Below, in pieces: positions 18,042 through 27,794 of a stretch of DNA of 64,000 nt; position 1 is the first letter of the stretch; every line of letters starts with the position of its first letter. Source of the stretch: Candidatus Dojkabacteria bacterium (GTDB lineage: Bacteria; Patescibacteriota; Dojkabacteria; B142; JAFGFJ01); contig JAFGFJ010000005.1 in the NCBI GenBank assembly GCA_016931155.1, positions 1,547 to 65,546 of the forward strand, written 5' to 3'. The notes under the pieces were generated by a model. It was not told the origin of the DNA, searched no databases, and saw only the letters and a list, made by a program, of their open reading frames with translations. Position numbers and translations under genes: made by a program.

Positions 18042-18069
18042 ATTGATCTATTATATCAAATAGTATAAT
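18041..18069 (+). promoter_or_regulatory. Putative promoter TTGATC-17nt-TATAAT for the 18121 gene
   Basis: ttgatc at 18041-18046 and tataat at 18064-18069. Confidence 0.35.
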
Positions 18070-18120
18070 GTGTTCACGTTCCAATCATAAGGACTAATTT
18101 AGTTACCGTCAAGTAATAGT

Positions 18121-21100
18121 ATGACAATATCTCATGATGAATTTAAAACAGGAATAAATGAAAGCAGAAATACAGAATATGGAGACGATTCTGTCGAAAT
18201 AAGTGGGAAAAATCTGCAAGGCTGGAGTATTGAAGCACTTAATGAAGCTATTGGCTGGAGAAGAAGATATGAGTCATTTATTTTTACTGGATTGAGTGAG
18301 CCCATTATCAATAGACTGAGGAATTTTACTTCAGCAGAAGCAGCAGTGTCTGAAGGTGCGTGTGTGATAGCTACAGATATTAAGGGGTCTACAAGGCTTG
18401 ATCCAGAGGGAATAGTTGAAATACTTAGATTAATACCGGAAGTAATAATCACTAATGCAATATATTTTGAATCTTTCTTTCGTAGAAACGATTATGGAAA
18501 TGATTCAGACACTATATCCAGAACGTCCAAAGGAATTTGTCCAATAAAGATTGCAGGCGATGGTGTAGAAATGATGGGAGTATTTGAAGATCCATATCTA
18601 AGAACGGCGTCTATGCTTTTGACTGCACTGTCGCTTCTCAAAAAATCGGACGAAAAACTGCGAGTTGGTGTCTTTGATAAGCCTACTGCGGAATCTGATC
18701 CAGCTATTATGTGGAAGACTTATGTAGCATTAAACGATATTGACAATATACTGGGGGAAACAGTTATGCCGATGGAATCTGAAGCTATGCAAGTTAGAAA
18801 GTGGAGTTGCGATGATGATATCGATTGTGGATTAAAAATCCGGATTACCAGGCAGACTGCAGAGTTATTTGCAAAAACATGTAGTAATTTGACAATAATA
18901 AGGGAGAGTATTGGAGGAAAGACACTATATCGGGCTGATTTGTCGAATTATGAGAATATAACAGTACATAGGTCAGATGGTACAGATCCAATTAATTTGG
19001 GAACGATGCTCGATAATTCAGAGCAAGTTTTCGATCTGTTTAAAGTGCAAGTGGAGTCTTTAATTCATAAATATGACGGGGCAAATGTTACAGAAGTGGT
19101 TTCCTGCGTACCCGACAGCACGTTTATTTTTTTAAATCCTGTTAATTGTTCCACATCAGATCAATATGATGAATTCTTTGGAGCCTGTGCAGAAATATCA
19201 CAAAAAATTTTCTGTCTTGATCCTGGTAGACAGGAGATTCCTGATGTAAATGATAAGGGTTTTATTGTAATTACGACTACTACTGAAGATTTAAAGAAGG
19301 TAATAGAAGTTTCTACAACTTCTCCTGATTTGGTTTTCCCTGTGATTACTACGGGTAGTGCGAAAACTGTCTTTGTTCCTGGTCTTGGAAGAATAATGCT
19401 GAGTAAATTTGGTTCCGGTGTTGCGAAACAGTCCAATTTAAAGGCAGGAGGATATACTCCGAGAAAAGGAGAGATAGCTCGCTTTTATGGTGGACTGGGT
19501 ATAGTACTTCCTGCCGGCATTGTTTGCAGTGCTGGTTACGACTACGATAGGGATCTTGCTTCTTACGAAATAAAAGGCATTGAAGATGGGATTTATACAG
19601 GGGAATATGAAACAGATAAAAATACATTTATTGAAAGGAATTTGGGTCTTCAACCTGTACTTCTATTATACCGGGAGTTTCAATCAGAATTTAACAGATA
19701 CTTGGAGAGAGGTGACTTTTATACCCTTGAATTCAGGCTTAGGCAACTAAAGGAGGTAGATCCACGTTTTGTTACGAGCAAGGGTCAAACACAACATCGA
19801 ATAAGTTCTGAGACTATAAAGGCTCAAAAAGAATATATGGGTAACTTTTCAGAGGAACAAAAGACTATATTTGATTTGATTAATCTGGTTCAGAGTATTT
19901 CTGAAGATGACTTGCTTTCTCTTGGTGAATCTATTGGGTATCGAAAAGATATGATTATGACTCTGATTCAAAATTTGGAGTACCACGCTTTTATTAAGAG
20001 AGTGCAATCTCAGGAAAGCGACACAAGGAGTCAGGAATTAATACAAACCAACAGGCTATATGTTGAAAACATTGAATGTGAATCGTTGGAAGGTCTTGTT
20101 GAAAAATTGGGTGCAAAAGATTCAATTTGTGCAAATGCTTTAGTAAGGAGACTTATATATCTTGCTGACACGGTGAGTAATCCGTACAGTAGAGCCTGCA
20201 TAGAATTGGTTGTTTCCAGATTTCACTTAACCCGGGGTTTTGAATTGAGTGCAGGAGATTATAAAATGAGAGCAGCCAGCAATCTACTGAAATTTATAGC
20301 AGCAAGTTACTCAGTTGGTGTAGGCTACTCTGGTGAAAGAAGTGATAGCAGCCAGGTATTTCCGGACGTGATCCATAATCTGGATCCGGATATTTTCACC
20401 AATACTCAAGATAAACTGAAAGTTATTTTGGCAAGAATTGACTATTTATCACAACTGGTGAGCCCATCAAAGGAAGCTGTTGATATGCTGGAGAAATCCA
20501 GAGAAGAATTTCTGAACATTCTAAGTAGGGATAAGCAGGATATTCTTGGTAATGATGAGGAGGCTGAAGTTTTTGCAGAAATGCTTTCAAGAATTGCTGA
20601 TGCTGATAGGGATGGTGACAAGAGGATATACTCAGTAGTTTCCGGGATGATAAGCGAAAAAGATCGGAGAGTTTCTCCAAGACTTAAGGCTACTTTACTA
20701 TATGGCATATTCGGGGAGGATCATTATCGTATGGAAGGGACTTATGAAGAGATAAACTTGAAAACAATTGAAAGGGCGAATTATATTATTCGTTTCGGGT
20801 CAAAAAGGATAAGAGAATATGCGATGCTATCAATGTATAGTATGGCAGCGAGGGGTTCTGTTTCCTTTGGTATTTTAAAAGATGGAAGACTGTTCAGTGA
20901 TGCTCAAATGCAGAATGAGAGTTGGTTTATAGAAGAATGTAGAAATATGTTGTTGAACAGCCATGAGCAAGGAATTAACAATGCTATTGTAAGAACCAGA
21001 GCAATGGTAAATCTGGTTCCATTACTGCTTTTTAATAATCAACAGGAGGCAGCAATAGAGGTGGCAAAGGATTCATATTTTGAGGCACTTCGAACGGGCA

Positions 21101-21834
21101 GAGAGGATGAGATAGGAGCAGCTTACTCTACATTACTTGCGTTGTATTTAAAATTGAATGAAAAGCCGTTTGAATTAACAAAGGAGACTATTTTAGATGC
21201 TATTATTTTTGGTCACGATTACCTAACTTCCAGATCTGCTGTTCCACGAATGACTTATAACCTTGTCAACCAGGCGAATAATACGGTTATGTTAATGTGC
21301 GAAGATGATAAATTATTAAATGGGGGTGGTGATGATTATTATCTCATCAGGTCAGATCTATTGAGTGTTATTAAAAAACTACTTATTGCAGGTTATGGAA
21401 AAAAATGGAAAGCTGAAGCAATTGCAATATTTGTGGAGGACTATCTTTTGCAGACTGGGGATTATTGCATGAAAATAATTCAAGAAATGGTTGAAGACAT
21501 TTTATCAGGATATGAGTGTAACTCAGTCAGGGAGTATCTGAATGAAAGTGGTATAGATATAGAAGACATTAAAAAACTATCGGAACAAGTGGGAGAGCCA
21601 AAACAAGAAACAGAAGGAAAGACTAAATTAGTTAATGAAATAACTGGGTTGGTAAAAAAACATGGGTTGGCTCACGGTATCCTGATTGAGAAAATGAAGA
21701 AAGAAGTACAGATATTGGACGTCAGAGAACCTGATCAACTCAAGGATTTCCTTGAAAAATACAGCATACAATTAAACTATCCGCATTCCGCACTTGCGTA
21801 TCTAAAAGAAGTCCTTATTTCTGAGAATATCTGA
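18121..21834 (+). CDS. Large orphan protein, 1237 aa: N-terminal region with class III nucleotidyl-cyclase-like motifs, then ~1000 aa of alpha-helical, TPR/wH-like sequence
   Basis: VIATDIKGSTRL resembles the F.DI.GFT.L metal-binding strand. KIAGDGVEMMGVF resembles K.IGD..M..F. KLRVGVFDKP resembles R.G.H.G. No P-loop found. The remainder is unassignable. Confidence 0.55.
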   Translation: MTISHDEFKTGINESRNTEYGDDSVEISGKNLQGWSIEALNEAIGWRRRYESFIFTGLSEPIINRLRNFTSAEAAVSEGACVIATDIKGSTRLDPEGIVEILRLIPEVIITNAIYFESFFRRNDYGNDSDTISRTSKGICPIKIAGDGVEMMGVFEDPYLRTASMLLTALSLLKKSDEKLRVGVFDKPTAESDPAIMWKTYVALNDIDNILGETVMPMESEAMQVRKWSCDDDIDCGLKIRITRQTAELFAKTCSNLTIIRESIGGKTLYRADLSNYENITVHRSDGTDPINLGTMLDNSEQVFDLFKVQVESLIHKYDGANVTEVVSCVPDSTFIFLNPVNCSTSDQYDEFFGACAEISQKIFCLDPGRQEIPDVNDKGFIVITTTTEDLKKVIEVSTTSPDLVFPVITTGSAKTVFVPGLGRIMLSKFGSGVAKQSNLKAGGYTPRKGEIARFYGGLGIVLPAGIVCSAGYDYDRDLASYEIKGIEDGIYTGEYETDKNTFIERNLGLQPVLLLYREFQSEFNRYLERGDFYTLEFRLRQLKEVDPRFVTSKGQTQHRISSETIKAQKEYMGNFSEEQKTIFDLINLVQSISEDDLLSLGESIGYRKDMIMTLIQNLEYHAFIKRVQSQESDTRSQELIQTNRLYVENIECESLEGLVEKLGAKDSICANALVRRLIYLADTVSNPYSRACIELVVSRFHLTRGFELSAGDYKMRAASNLLKFIAASYSVGVGYSGERSDSSQVFPDVIHNLDPDIFTNTQDKLKVILARIDYLSQLVSPSKEAVDMLEKSREEFLNILSRDKQDILGNDEEAEVFAEMLSRIADADRDGDKRIYSVVSGMISEKDRRVSPRLKATLLYGIFGEDHYRMEGTYEEINLKTIERANYIIRFGSKRIREYAMLSMYSMAARGSVSFGILKDGRLFSDAQMQNESWFIEECRNMLLNSHEQGINNAIVRTRAMVNLVPLLLFNNQQEAAIEVAKDSYFEALRTGREDEIGAAYSTLLALYLKLNEKPFELTKETILDAIIFGHDYLTSRSAVPRMTYNLVNQANNTVMLMCEDDKLLNGGGDDYYLIRSDLLSVIKKLLIAGYGKKWKAEAIAIFVEDYLLQTGDYCMKIIQEMVEDILSGYECNSVREYLNESGIDIEDIKKLSEQVGEPKQETEGKTKLVNEITGLVKKHGLAHGILIEKMKKEVQILDVREPDQLKDFLEKYSIQLNYPHSALAYLKEVLISENI

Positions 21835-21856
21835 TGTTTTTCCTGAACCTCAATAT

Positions 21857-22075
21857 TCAGGAAAATCTACTAAAACCCTTGGTAATTCTTTCGTCCAGAC
21901 TTAATGAAAAAGCATTTAATTTTTCGGAATCGAGTTTGATCAAAGTTTCTTTTTCTTCTGGAGTGAGGTCGGTGTATTCTACAAGGGCTTCCTCTGCGTT
22001 TTCCATAAGTATTTTCCGAAATTCTGCATCCGTTGCAGCTCGCCCAATTACTGCTTGTACTGTTGATAAAGACAT
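21857..22075 (-). CDS. Small protein, 72 aa, with an NHLP/Nif11-like leader-type domain
   Basis: GRAATDAEFRKILMENAEEALVEYTDLTPEEKETL follows the A.A..D..F+..L..(D/N)P..AL.E....L.EE pattern of NHLP/Nif11 leader domains. There is no GG cleavage motif and no Cys-rich core. Confidence 0.4.
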   Translation of the reverse strand: MSLSTVQAVIGRAATDAEFRKILMENAEEALVEYTDLTPEEKETLIKLDSEKLNAFSLSLDERITKGFSRFS

Positions 22076-22164
22076 AGCAAATTAGAGTAAAAAATAAAAC
22101 GGGTCAAATGATCGTAATCATTCAACCATCACAAGTAAAACACAAATTCTTTATAAAAACAACT

Positions 22165-22194
22165 TTGTAAAGCACTTCACTGTTGGTCTATAAT
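22165..22194 (+). promoter_or_regulatory. Putative sigma70-like promoter TTGTAA-18nt-TATAAT for the exonuclease gene
   Basis: ttgtaa at 22165-22170 and tataat at 22189-22194, 25 nt upstream of the ATG at 22220. Confidence 0.4.
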
Positions 22195-22219
22195 CTTTTG
22201 CGTTCATTATTTACTCTTC

Positions 22220-22729
22220 ATGCTTTATACAGTTGTTGATGTTGAGACCACGGGTCTCAGCCCAAGACAAAACAGGATAATTGAAATAGGAGCTGTTAAG
22301 GTTCTTGATGGGAAAGTTCAAAACGAATATTTTCACACTATTGTAAATCCTGGGGAGGAAGTAAGTTTATTTATTCTCTCACTAACTGAAATTCCAAGAG
22401 AAGAAATAATGTCAGCTCCATCAATTGAACATGTAATGCCTGATTTTCTTGAGTTTCTCGGAAAAGATTCTGTCTTTGTCGGGCACAATGCAAGGTTTGA
22501 CTATTCTTTTATAAATGAAGAACTCAGGAGGTATTTCTGGAAACCTATAAAAAATGAAGTGGTTGACACAATCAGGCTTGCGAAAAGAAGGTTACCTGGT
22601 CTTCAAAGCTATAGATTGGAGGCACTGATTAATTATTTCGGATTCAATCATAAAAAAAATCATCGAGCTCTTGATGATGCAAAAATTACTGCGGAAATAC
22701 TATTAAAGCTTCTTGATGATAAACATTAA
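22220..22729 (+). CDS. DnaQ-like 3'-5' exonuclease (DEDD family, DNA Pol III epsilon-like)
   Basis: Exo I motif VVDVETTGL. Exo II HNARFDYSFI. Exo III HRALDDA. Confidence 0.8.
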   Translation: MLYTVVDVETTGLSPRQNRIIEIGAVKVLDGKVQNEYFHTIVNPGEEVSLFILSLTEIPREEIMSAPSIEHVMPDFLEFLGKDSVFVGHNARFDYSFINEELRRYFWKPIKNEVVDTIRLAKRRLPGLQSYRLEALINYFGFNHKKNHRALDDAKITAEILLKLLDDKH

Positions 22730-23537
22730 AAGTTTTTTAAATAAAATAGAGATAGATGAATTTAATCGAGTGAATGTTGTTCTTGCTATCAATAAGAGAA
22801 AAGGAATTACTTCCCATGACCTTGTTGACGAGGTACGTCAAAAACTGAATACCAGGAAAGTTGGACATGCAGGTGCACTCGATCCCTTTGCGACAGGGGT
22901 TATGCTGATTCTTGTCGGGAAATTTACCAGACTATCTAACGAACTTGTTTCAAGTGAGAAAGAGTACAAAGCTAGAATTCTTTTTGGAATTTCTACTAAT
23001 ACACAGGATTCGGAGGGAGAAATTACGCAGAGAAAGGATATTCAAGTTACAGAAAGAGAAGTAATTAAAGCTCTCAAGTCATTTGAAGGTGGTTACGAGC
23101 AATATGTTCCTGTATTCAGTTCTGTAAAGATTGATGGGAATAAGCTTAGAAAAATGGCAAGAAGAGCGTTATCTTTCACAATTGAGGAAAATAAAGGGCA
23201 AAAAAGTGTGGTTTTCAAAATGGCGGAAGGTGATATAGAAGTAAATCTTCCAAAGAAGAAAGTGGAAATAAAGAAACTGGAGCTTAAGAGTTTTGGAAAA
23301 CAGAAATTATCAGGATATGAATTTGCGAAAAATTTGACGGATGAGTATCTATATTGTGAGATTAATGCAGCTGTTTCTAAAGGAACATATATGAGGCAGT
23401 TTGCTGAAGATTTGGGAGAAAAACTTGAAATTCCCGGAATGCTTCTTGAGCTTGAAAGAAGAAGGGTTGGAGAAATTGGTCTCTCAGACTGTATAAGTCT
23501 GGAAAAGTTAACCTTTGATAAGCCTGATGACAATTGA
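22713..23537 (+). CDS. truB: tRNA pseudouridine(55) synthase
   Basis: Catalytic motif GHAGALDPFATGVMLILVGKFTRL with the catalytic Asp in LDP. Confidence 0.8.
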   Translation: MMINIKSFLNKIEIDEFNRVNVVLAINKRKGITSHDLVDEVRQKLNTRKVGHAGALDPFATGVMLILVGKFTRLSNELVSSEKEYKARILFGISTNTQDSEGEITQRKDIQVTEREVIKALKSFEGGYEQYVPVFSSVKIDGNKLRKMARRALSFTIEENKGQKSVVFKMAEGDIEVNLPKKKVEIKKLELKSFGKQKLSGYEFAKNLTDEYLYCEINAAVSKGTYMRQFAEDLGEKLEIPGMLLELERRRVGEIGLSDCISLEKLTFDKPDDN

Positions 23538-24944
23538 AACTATTTTATTTAGTTCTTCCTTGCTCAAAATCATCCCAAGATAAATAATGATTTCTGAGCT
23601 CATGATGCCAGCAAATCCCACTTTGCTGACTTTGTTAATCACAATTGTGTGACTATCCTGTTGTAGTTGTTTTGTTTCTAGAAAGCTATACTGACGAGGC
23701 GACTGGAGTTCAATTTCTAATAGCTCTTTGTTGTCTACAAATTCATAAGTGTGTGGGTTTTCTGTTTTTTCATTATTTGAAATAGTAGATATTAAATTTG
23801 TAATTCCTTTTGTCGGCTCAAGAATTTCCCAATCCCCTTCTCCATCAGTTGTTCTTGCCCAGGACTTTCCTGTTTCGGTCTCAACGTATTGGAAACTGTC
23901 AGATATGAGACCAGATGGATTAAAAAGTGAGGTTTTCGCACTTGTGTTTGGAATACTGTTTTTCGATAAAATTATAACAAAACTCTTCGGTTTTATTTTT
24001 GTAGCCTCGATTTTTTGTGTTTTACTTCCGATGTCAATCTTCCAGTTACTTAGATCAACTTCGAAACTATCAGGATTGTAAAGTTCTATCCACTCGTTTC
24101 CCGAGTCGTTCCCGACAGGATCTGGAAGTATTTCATTGAGGTAAATCCTCGGTTCAATTGTAATTTGAGCGGTTTTTCTGATCACCTTCCCGGAATCAAA
24201 TGTTAATTTAAGCTCGATATTTCTATTTCCAATACTATCTGCAGTAAAAACCGGCTGTGAGGAAAGCAATGTTTTTCCCCCATATGTCCATTCGAACTCT
24301 TCAATACTGCTATTAATAGTTACTTCTGCTCTAAATATTATTCTTGAATTTAAAAAATATGAGTTGTTTTGTTCCCAATCAGAGGAGGTTTCCTCTTTTG
24401 AGAGTATCTCGACTCCTGAAGTGAAACAATAATCCTGGTCATATGCCTGGTTGATCATTCCTTTTGAGTGAGAGTGCGGATGTAGTTTTAAGTCATTGCA
24501 CTCATGACTTATTCTTTCCAAAGATATCCCTTCTATACTTGTGGAGTATTTTATACTATCAGAGTTACCCAGATGATCCAGGAGAGTAATTTCTTCGTTG
24601 GTATTGTTCAAAGTAATTGAAGGAAAAACGACTAGATAGCTGTAAGGATCGATTGACTGTCCATCCAGTGAAAAAAAACTTGTTTTATCTTTGAGTATCC
24701 ATCCGGAAAGATTTATATTTACAGACGTGGGATTGTAAAGTTCTATCCACTCATTCCCGGGATCTAAGCCGACAGGATTTGGCATTAATTCATTAATCAC
24801 TACATCCGTTGTAGCGGCAAAAACTTTTTGAGGTGAAATAAATAATGGTTCGAAAAAGATTACTGCTAATATAGCAAAAATCAATCCAGAGAGTATTGTA
24901 GTACATACTGCATGTTTTGTTTTCCTGACAACCTTAAGTTTCAT
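23508..24944 (-). CDS. Secreted or membrane-anchored protein with two lamin-tail-like (LTD) domains
   Basis: N-terminal TM/signal segment. Two copies of the LTD signature: VVINELMPNPVGLDPGNEWIELYNPTS and IYLNEILPDPVGNDSGNEWIELYNPDS. Confidence 0.65.
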   Translation of the reverse strand: MKLKVVRKTKHAVCTTILSGLIFAILAVIFFEPLFISPQKVFAATTDVVINELMPNPVGLDPGNEWIELYNPTSVNINLSGWILKDKTSFFSLDGQSIDPYSYLVVFPSITLNNTNEEITLLDHLGNSDSIKYSTSIEGISLERISHECNDLKLHPHSHSKGMINQAYDQDYCFTSGVEILSKEETSSDWEQNNSYFLNSRIIFRAEVTINSSIEEFEWTYGGKTLLSSQPVFTADSIGNRNIELKLTFDSGKVIRKTAQITIEPRIYLNEILPDPVGNDSGNEWIELYNPDSFEVDLSNWKIDIGSKTQKIEATKIKPKSFVIILSKNSIPNTSAKTSLFNPSGLISDSFQYVETETGKSWARTTDGEGDWEILEPTKGITNLISTISNNEKTENPHTYEFVDNKELLEIELQSPRQYSFLETKQLQQDSHTIVINKVSKVGFAGIMSSEIIIYLGMILSKEELNKIVSIVIRLIKG

Positions 24945-24978
24945 GCAGCAACTCTATCAGGGAAATATTAAAAAAAGA

Positions 24979-26070
24979 TTAAAAACTTCTATTAATAACA
25001 TAATCAGTTATTCCTTCCAGAAAATCTTTCCCTTCGTTGTTTATATTTATGCGGTTTAATGCTTTTTTTGCTTTTACAACGTACTGCAATGCCAGTTTTT
25101 TAGAATAATCAAGTGCACCTGTTTTGATTATTATATCTCTTACTATGTCTGCTGATTTTTTTGTTAGATTTTTATTACCAAGTGTTTTTAGTATGAATGC
25201 TTTATTTCCTTTGCTTGCTTCTTCCAAGGCTTTCACAATCAGCAGTGTCTTCTTTCCTTCTGCAAGGTCTGAGCTTACAGATTTTCCTGTTTTTTCTTTT
25301 TGGCCGAAAAGACCGAGAATATCGTCCTGAATTTGAAATCCTATTCCTGCATTTATGGAGTAATCACTTAGAATTTTCAGCTTTCTTTTTTCTGTACCTG
25401 CAAGTATTGCACCAACAAGTACTGGTGTTTCATAGGTATAGGTGGCTGTTTTCATTTTGAGCATATCGATAACTTCCTTTTCTGTTGCTTTTGGTTTATT
25501 CCCAACCTGGATATCCAGCATTTCTCCGTGAATTACAGTGGTGAGTTGTTCGTTTATTGTTTTTATTGCTGAAATTTTTCTTTTGTTGTTAAAGTTGGAT
25601 TCTGAAAGGAGTTTGAGTGCAAGATGACAGGAAAGATCTCCTGCACATATAGCAATACTTTTACCAAAATGCCTGTGGTCTTTTGAAGGAAAAGCATTTT
25701 TACTGAAAGCAGAGAAAGTTTTGTGAATAGTCGGAAAACCCCTTCTTTCTGCCGATCTGTCTATTATGTCATCGTGAATTAAAAGATATGTCTGGATCAA
25801 TTCAATAAAAATTGAAGTCTTCATCATTTCTTTCTCGTTGTTACCTCCAAGCATTTTATAGGAATAGAATGCCAATGCTGCTCTAAGTCTTTTGCCACCG
25901 GTTAGCGTCAATTCAGCAAGTTCTTTTGTCACTTGTCTGGAAAACTGGGACAGTTTTGCTGACCTTTTTATCTCTTCTCTGAAGAACAATTTTAGTCTAC
26001 TCTCTGCAATCCTCTTGTGTTTGGATAAAAGTATTTTTGCTAGATGTGATTTGCTGGTTGTTTTTTCCAT
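24979..26070 (-). CDS. trans-Polyprenyl diphosphate synthase (FPP/GGPP synthase family)
   Basis: First Asp-rich motif LLIHDDIIDRSAERRG. Second Asp-rich motif GFQIQDDILG. Confidence 0.85.
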   Translation of the reverse strand: MEKTTSKSHLAKILLSKHKRIAESRLKLFFREEIKRSAKLSQFSRQVTKELAELTLTGGKRLRAALAFYSYKMLGGNNEKEMMKTSIFIELIQTYLLIHDDIIDRSAERRGFPTIHKTFSAFSKNAFPSKDHRHFGKSIAICAGDLSCHLALKLLSESNFNNKRKISAIKTINEQLTTVIHGEMLDIQVGNKPKATEKEVIDMLKMKTATYTYETPVLVGAILAGTEKRKLKILSDYSINAGIGFQIQDDILGLFGQKEKTGKSVSSDLAEGKKTLLIVKALEEASKGNKAFILKTLGNKNLTKKSADIVRDIIIKTGALDYSKKLALQYVVKAKKALNRININNEGKDFLEGITDYVINRSF

Positions 26071-26193
26071 AAGCTATATCTTCAGTTTATCTTAACATAA
26101 AGACAGCTTGTAAAGATTTCGTAAGTATTTGCAATGGATCCTTATGTTAAGTAGTTTGTGTTAATTTATCGTTGTTGAAGGAGGTGAAGACAA

Positions 26194-26307
26194 GATGAAA
26201 AAACTAATTGAAGAAGCTATGAATCATGAGAATGCAAGGGACAAAGAAACTTTGGAAAAGGCAGCAGTTGAAAAAGCAATAAGTGGTTTTGCGCTTTGGG
26301 GATGGTG
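26194..26307 (+). CDS. Candidate 37-aa small peptide (MKKLIEEAMNHENARDKETLEKAAVEKAISGFALWGW) with a strong RBS
   Basis: GGAGGTG Shine-Dalgarno 7-8 nt upstream of the ATG. This is an unusually strong RBS for this genome. It lies 84 nt upstream of the histidine kinase. Confidence 0.3.
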
Positions 26308-26390
26308 ATTTGCATTTTCTGGTAATACTCATAAAAATATTTCACTTATAGTTAATTGTTGCTAGAATTGGTGAACTTAGTTTAAATTCT

Positions 26391-27794
26391 TTGTGCATGA
26401 ATAGTGCTGTATTTGTGAATGAATTGCAGAGAAGAAGATTTGAAATAGTGAAGCTATTTGCAACAATTTTCTTGGCAGGCTCGTTGCTTGCAGTGGTTCT
26501 TGATGCTTATGGTATTCTTTCAGGCAGTCTGAAAAGGAGTGAGTATGAGATTTTTCTCTTTATTGGTCTCGCTTGCTTTGTTCTTTTTGCCTTTATAAGA
26601 ACTTATCTTGTTCATAAAGCATTAACGCTGTCATTTGCGATTATTGTTGCCTTGCTTACTATTGCCGCTTTATATACGATGCTGGTCGGCGGTACAACTT
26701 CTGCAATATCCTTTCTTCTTATGACAATCTCTGTACTTTCCATTAGTATTGTGATTAGTGTAAAGATTGCTTTTTTTTACATCATTATTAGTTCAATTTG
26801 CACTTTCAGTATTTTCCTTCTGCATAACAAACAGATAATAGATTACACTCCATCGCTGACTGATTCCGGATTTGCAAATACACTAATGTATATTACATCT
26901 ATGTTGGTAATTACGTATGTTGCAGGAATTGCTTACTCGCAGATTGAACATTCTTATCAAAAAGCATATGACTATGCTAAGGAACTTGAAGAATTGAACA
27001 AACATCTTGATGAAAAAGTTAGACTACGCACTAAGCAGCTTCAAGAAAGTCTGGAGAGACAGGCAGATTCTGTTCACAGTGCAGCAGTGATGGGAAGTAT
27101 TGCAAAACCGATGCTTCATGATCTGGCTACTCCATTATCCTCTCTTGCAGGTGCACAGAGCCTTCTGAAAAAAGTAAAGTTTGATCAAAAAACACATGAG
27201 ATAATTGAAATGAGCAACCAGGCAGTAAGTCAAATAGCGAGAATTGTAGAAAATGCCAGGAATCTTATGGACAATAAAAATTTAGTAGTAGAGTTTTCTC
27301 CATATGATGTTATTTCGGTTGCTATCCTGGTCTCAAAACATGAACTTCAAAGGGACAATATTACTGTGAATGTAAGAATTGACCCAATGATTAAACTCAA
27401 CGGAGTTGTGGGTATCTTTGAAAGAATGGTAATAAATCTTATTATCAATGCGGTAGAAGAGCTGGGACAGTGTGAGAGTGATAGAAGAATTGATATAAAA
27501 GGAAATAATGAAGGTAAGTATTTTGTTTTAAAAATAAAAGATTCGGGTCGGGGAATAAAGAGGGAATTTATAGACAGGATTTTTGATTCAGATTTTACAA
27601 TGAAGAGTGAAAGAAATTTAGGTTTTGGTCTTCCATTTGTTAGAAATAGTATAGAGAAAAATTTTGCTGGAGATATTTCAGTTAGAAGCAAGTTGGGGGA
27701 ATTTACTGAATTCACACTTAGATTTGATAGGAAGTTCAATGCCAGAAAAATTAAGAAAGGTAAAAAAAATAAAGAGTTTTCTGTTAAGAAATAG
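26391..27794 (+). CDS. Membrane sensor histidine kinase
   Basis: About 5 N-terminal TM helices. H-box MLHDLATPLSSL. N-box NLIINAVEE. G1 DSGRGI. G2 GFGLPF. Confidence 0.85.
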   Translation: MCMNSAVFVNELQRRRFEIVKLFATIFLAGSLLAVVLDAYGILSGSLKRSEYEIFLFIGLACFVLFAFIRTYLVHKALTLSFAIIVALLTIAALYTMLVGGTTSAISFLLMTISVLSISIVISVKIAFFYIIISSICTFSIFLLHNKQIIDYTPSLTDSGFANTLMYITSMLVITYVAGIAYSQIEHSYQKAYDYAKELEELNKHLDEKVRLRTKQLQESLERQADSVHSAAVMGSIAKPMLHDLATPLSSLAGAQSLLKKVKFDQKTHEIIEMSNQAVSQIARIVENARNLMDNKNLVVEFSPYDVISVAILVSKHELQRDNITVNVRIDPMIKLNGVVGIFERMVINLIINAVEELGQCESDRRIDIKGNNEGKYFVLKIKDSGRGIKREFIDRIFDSDFTMKSERNLGFGLPFVRNSIEKNFAGDISVRSKLGEFTEFTLRFDRKFNARKIKKGKKNKEFSVKK

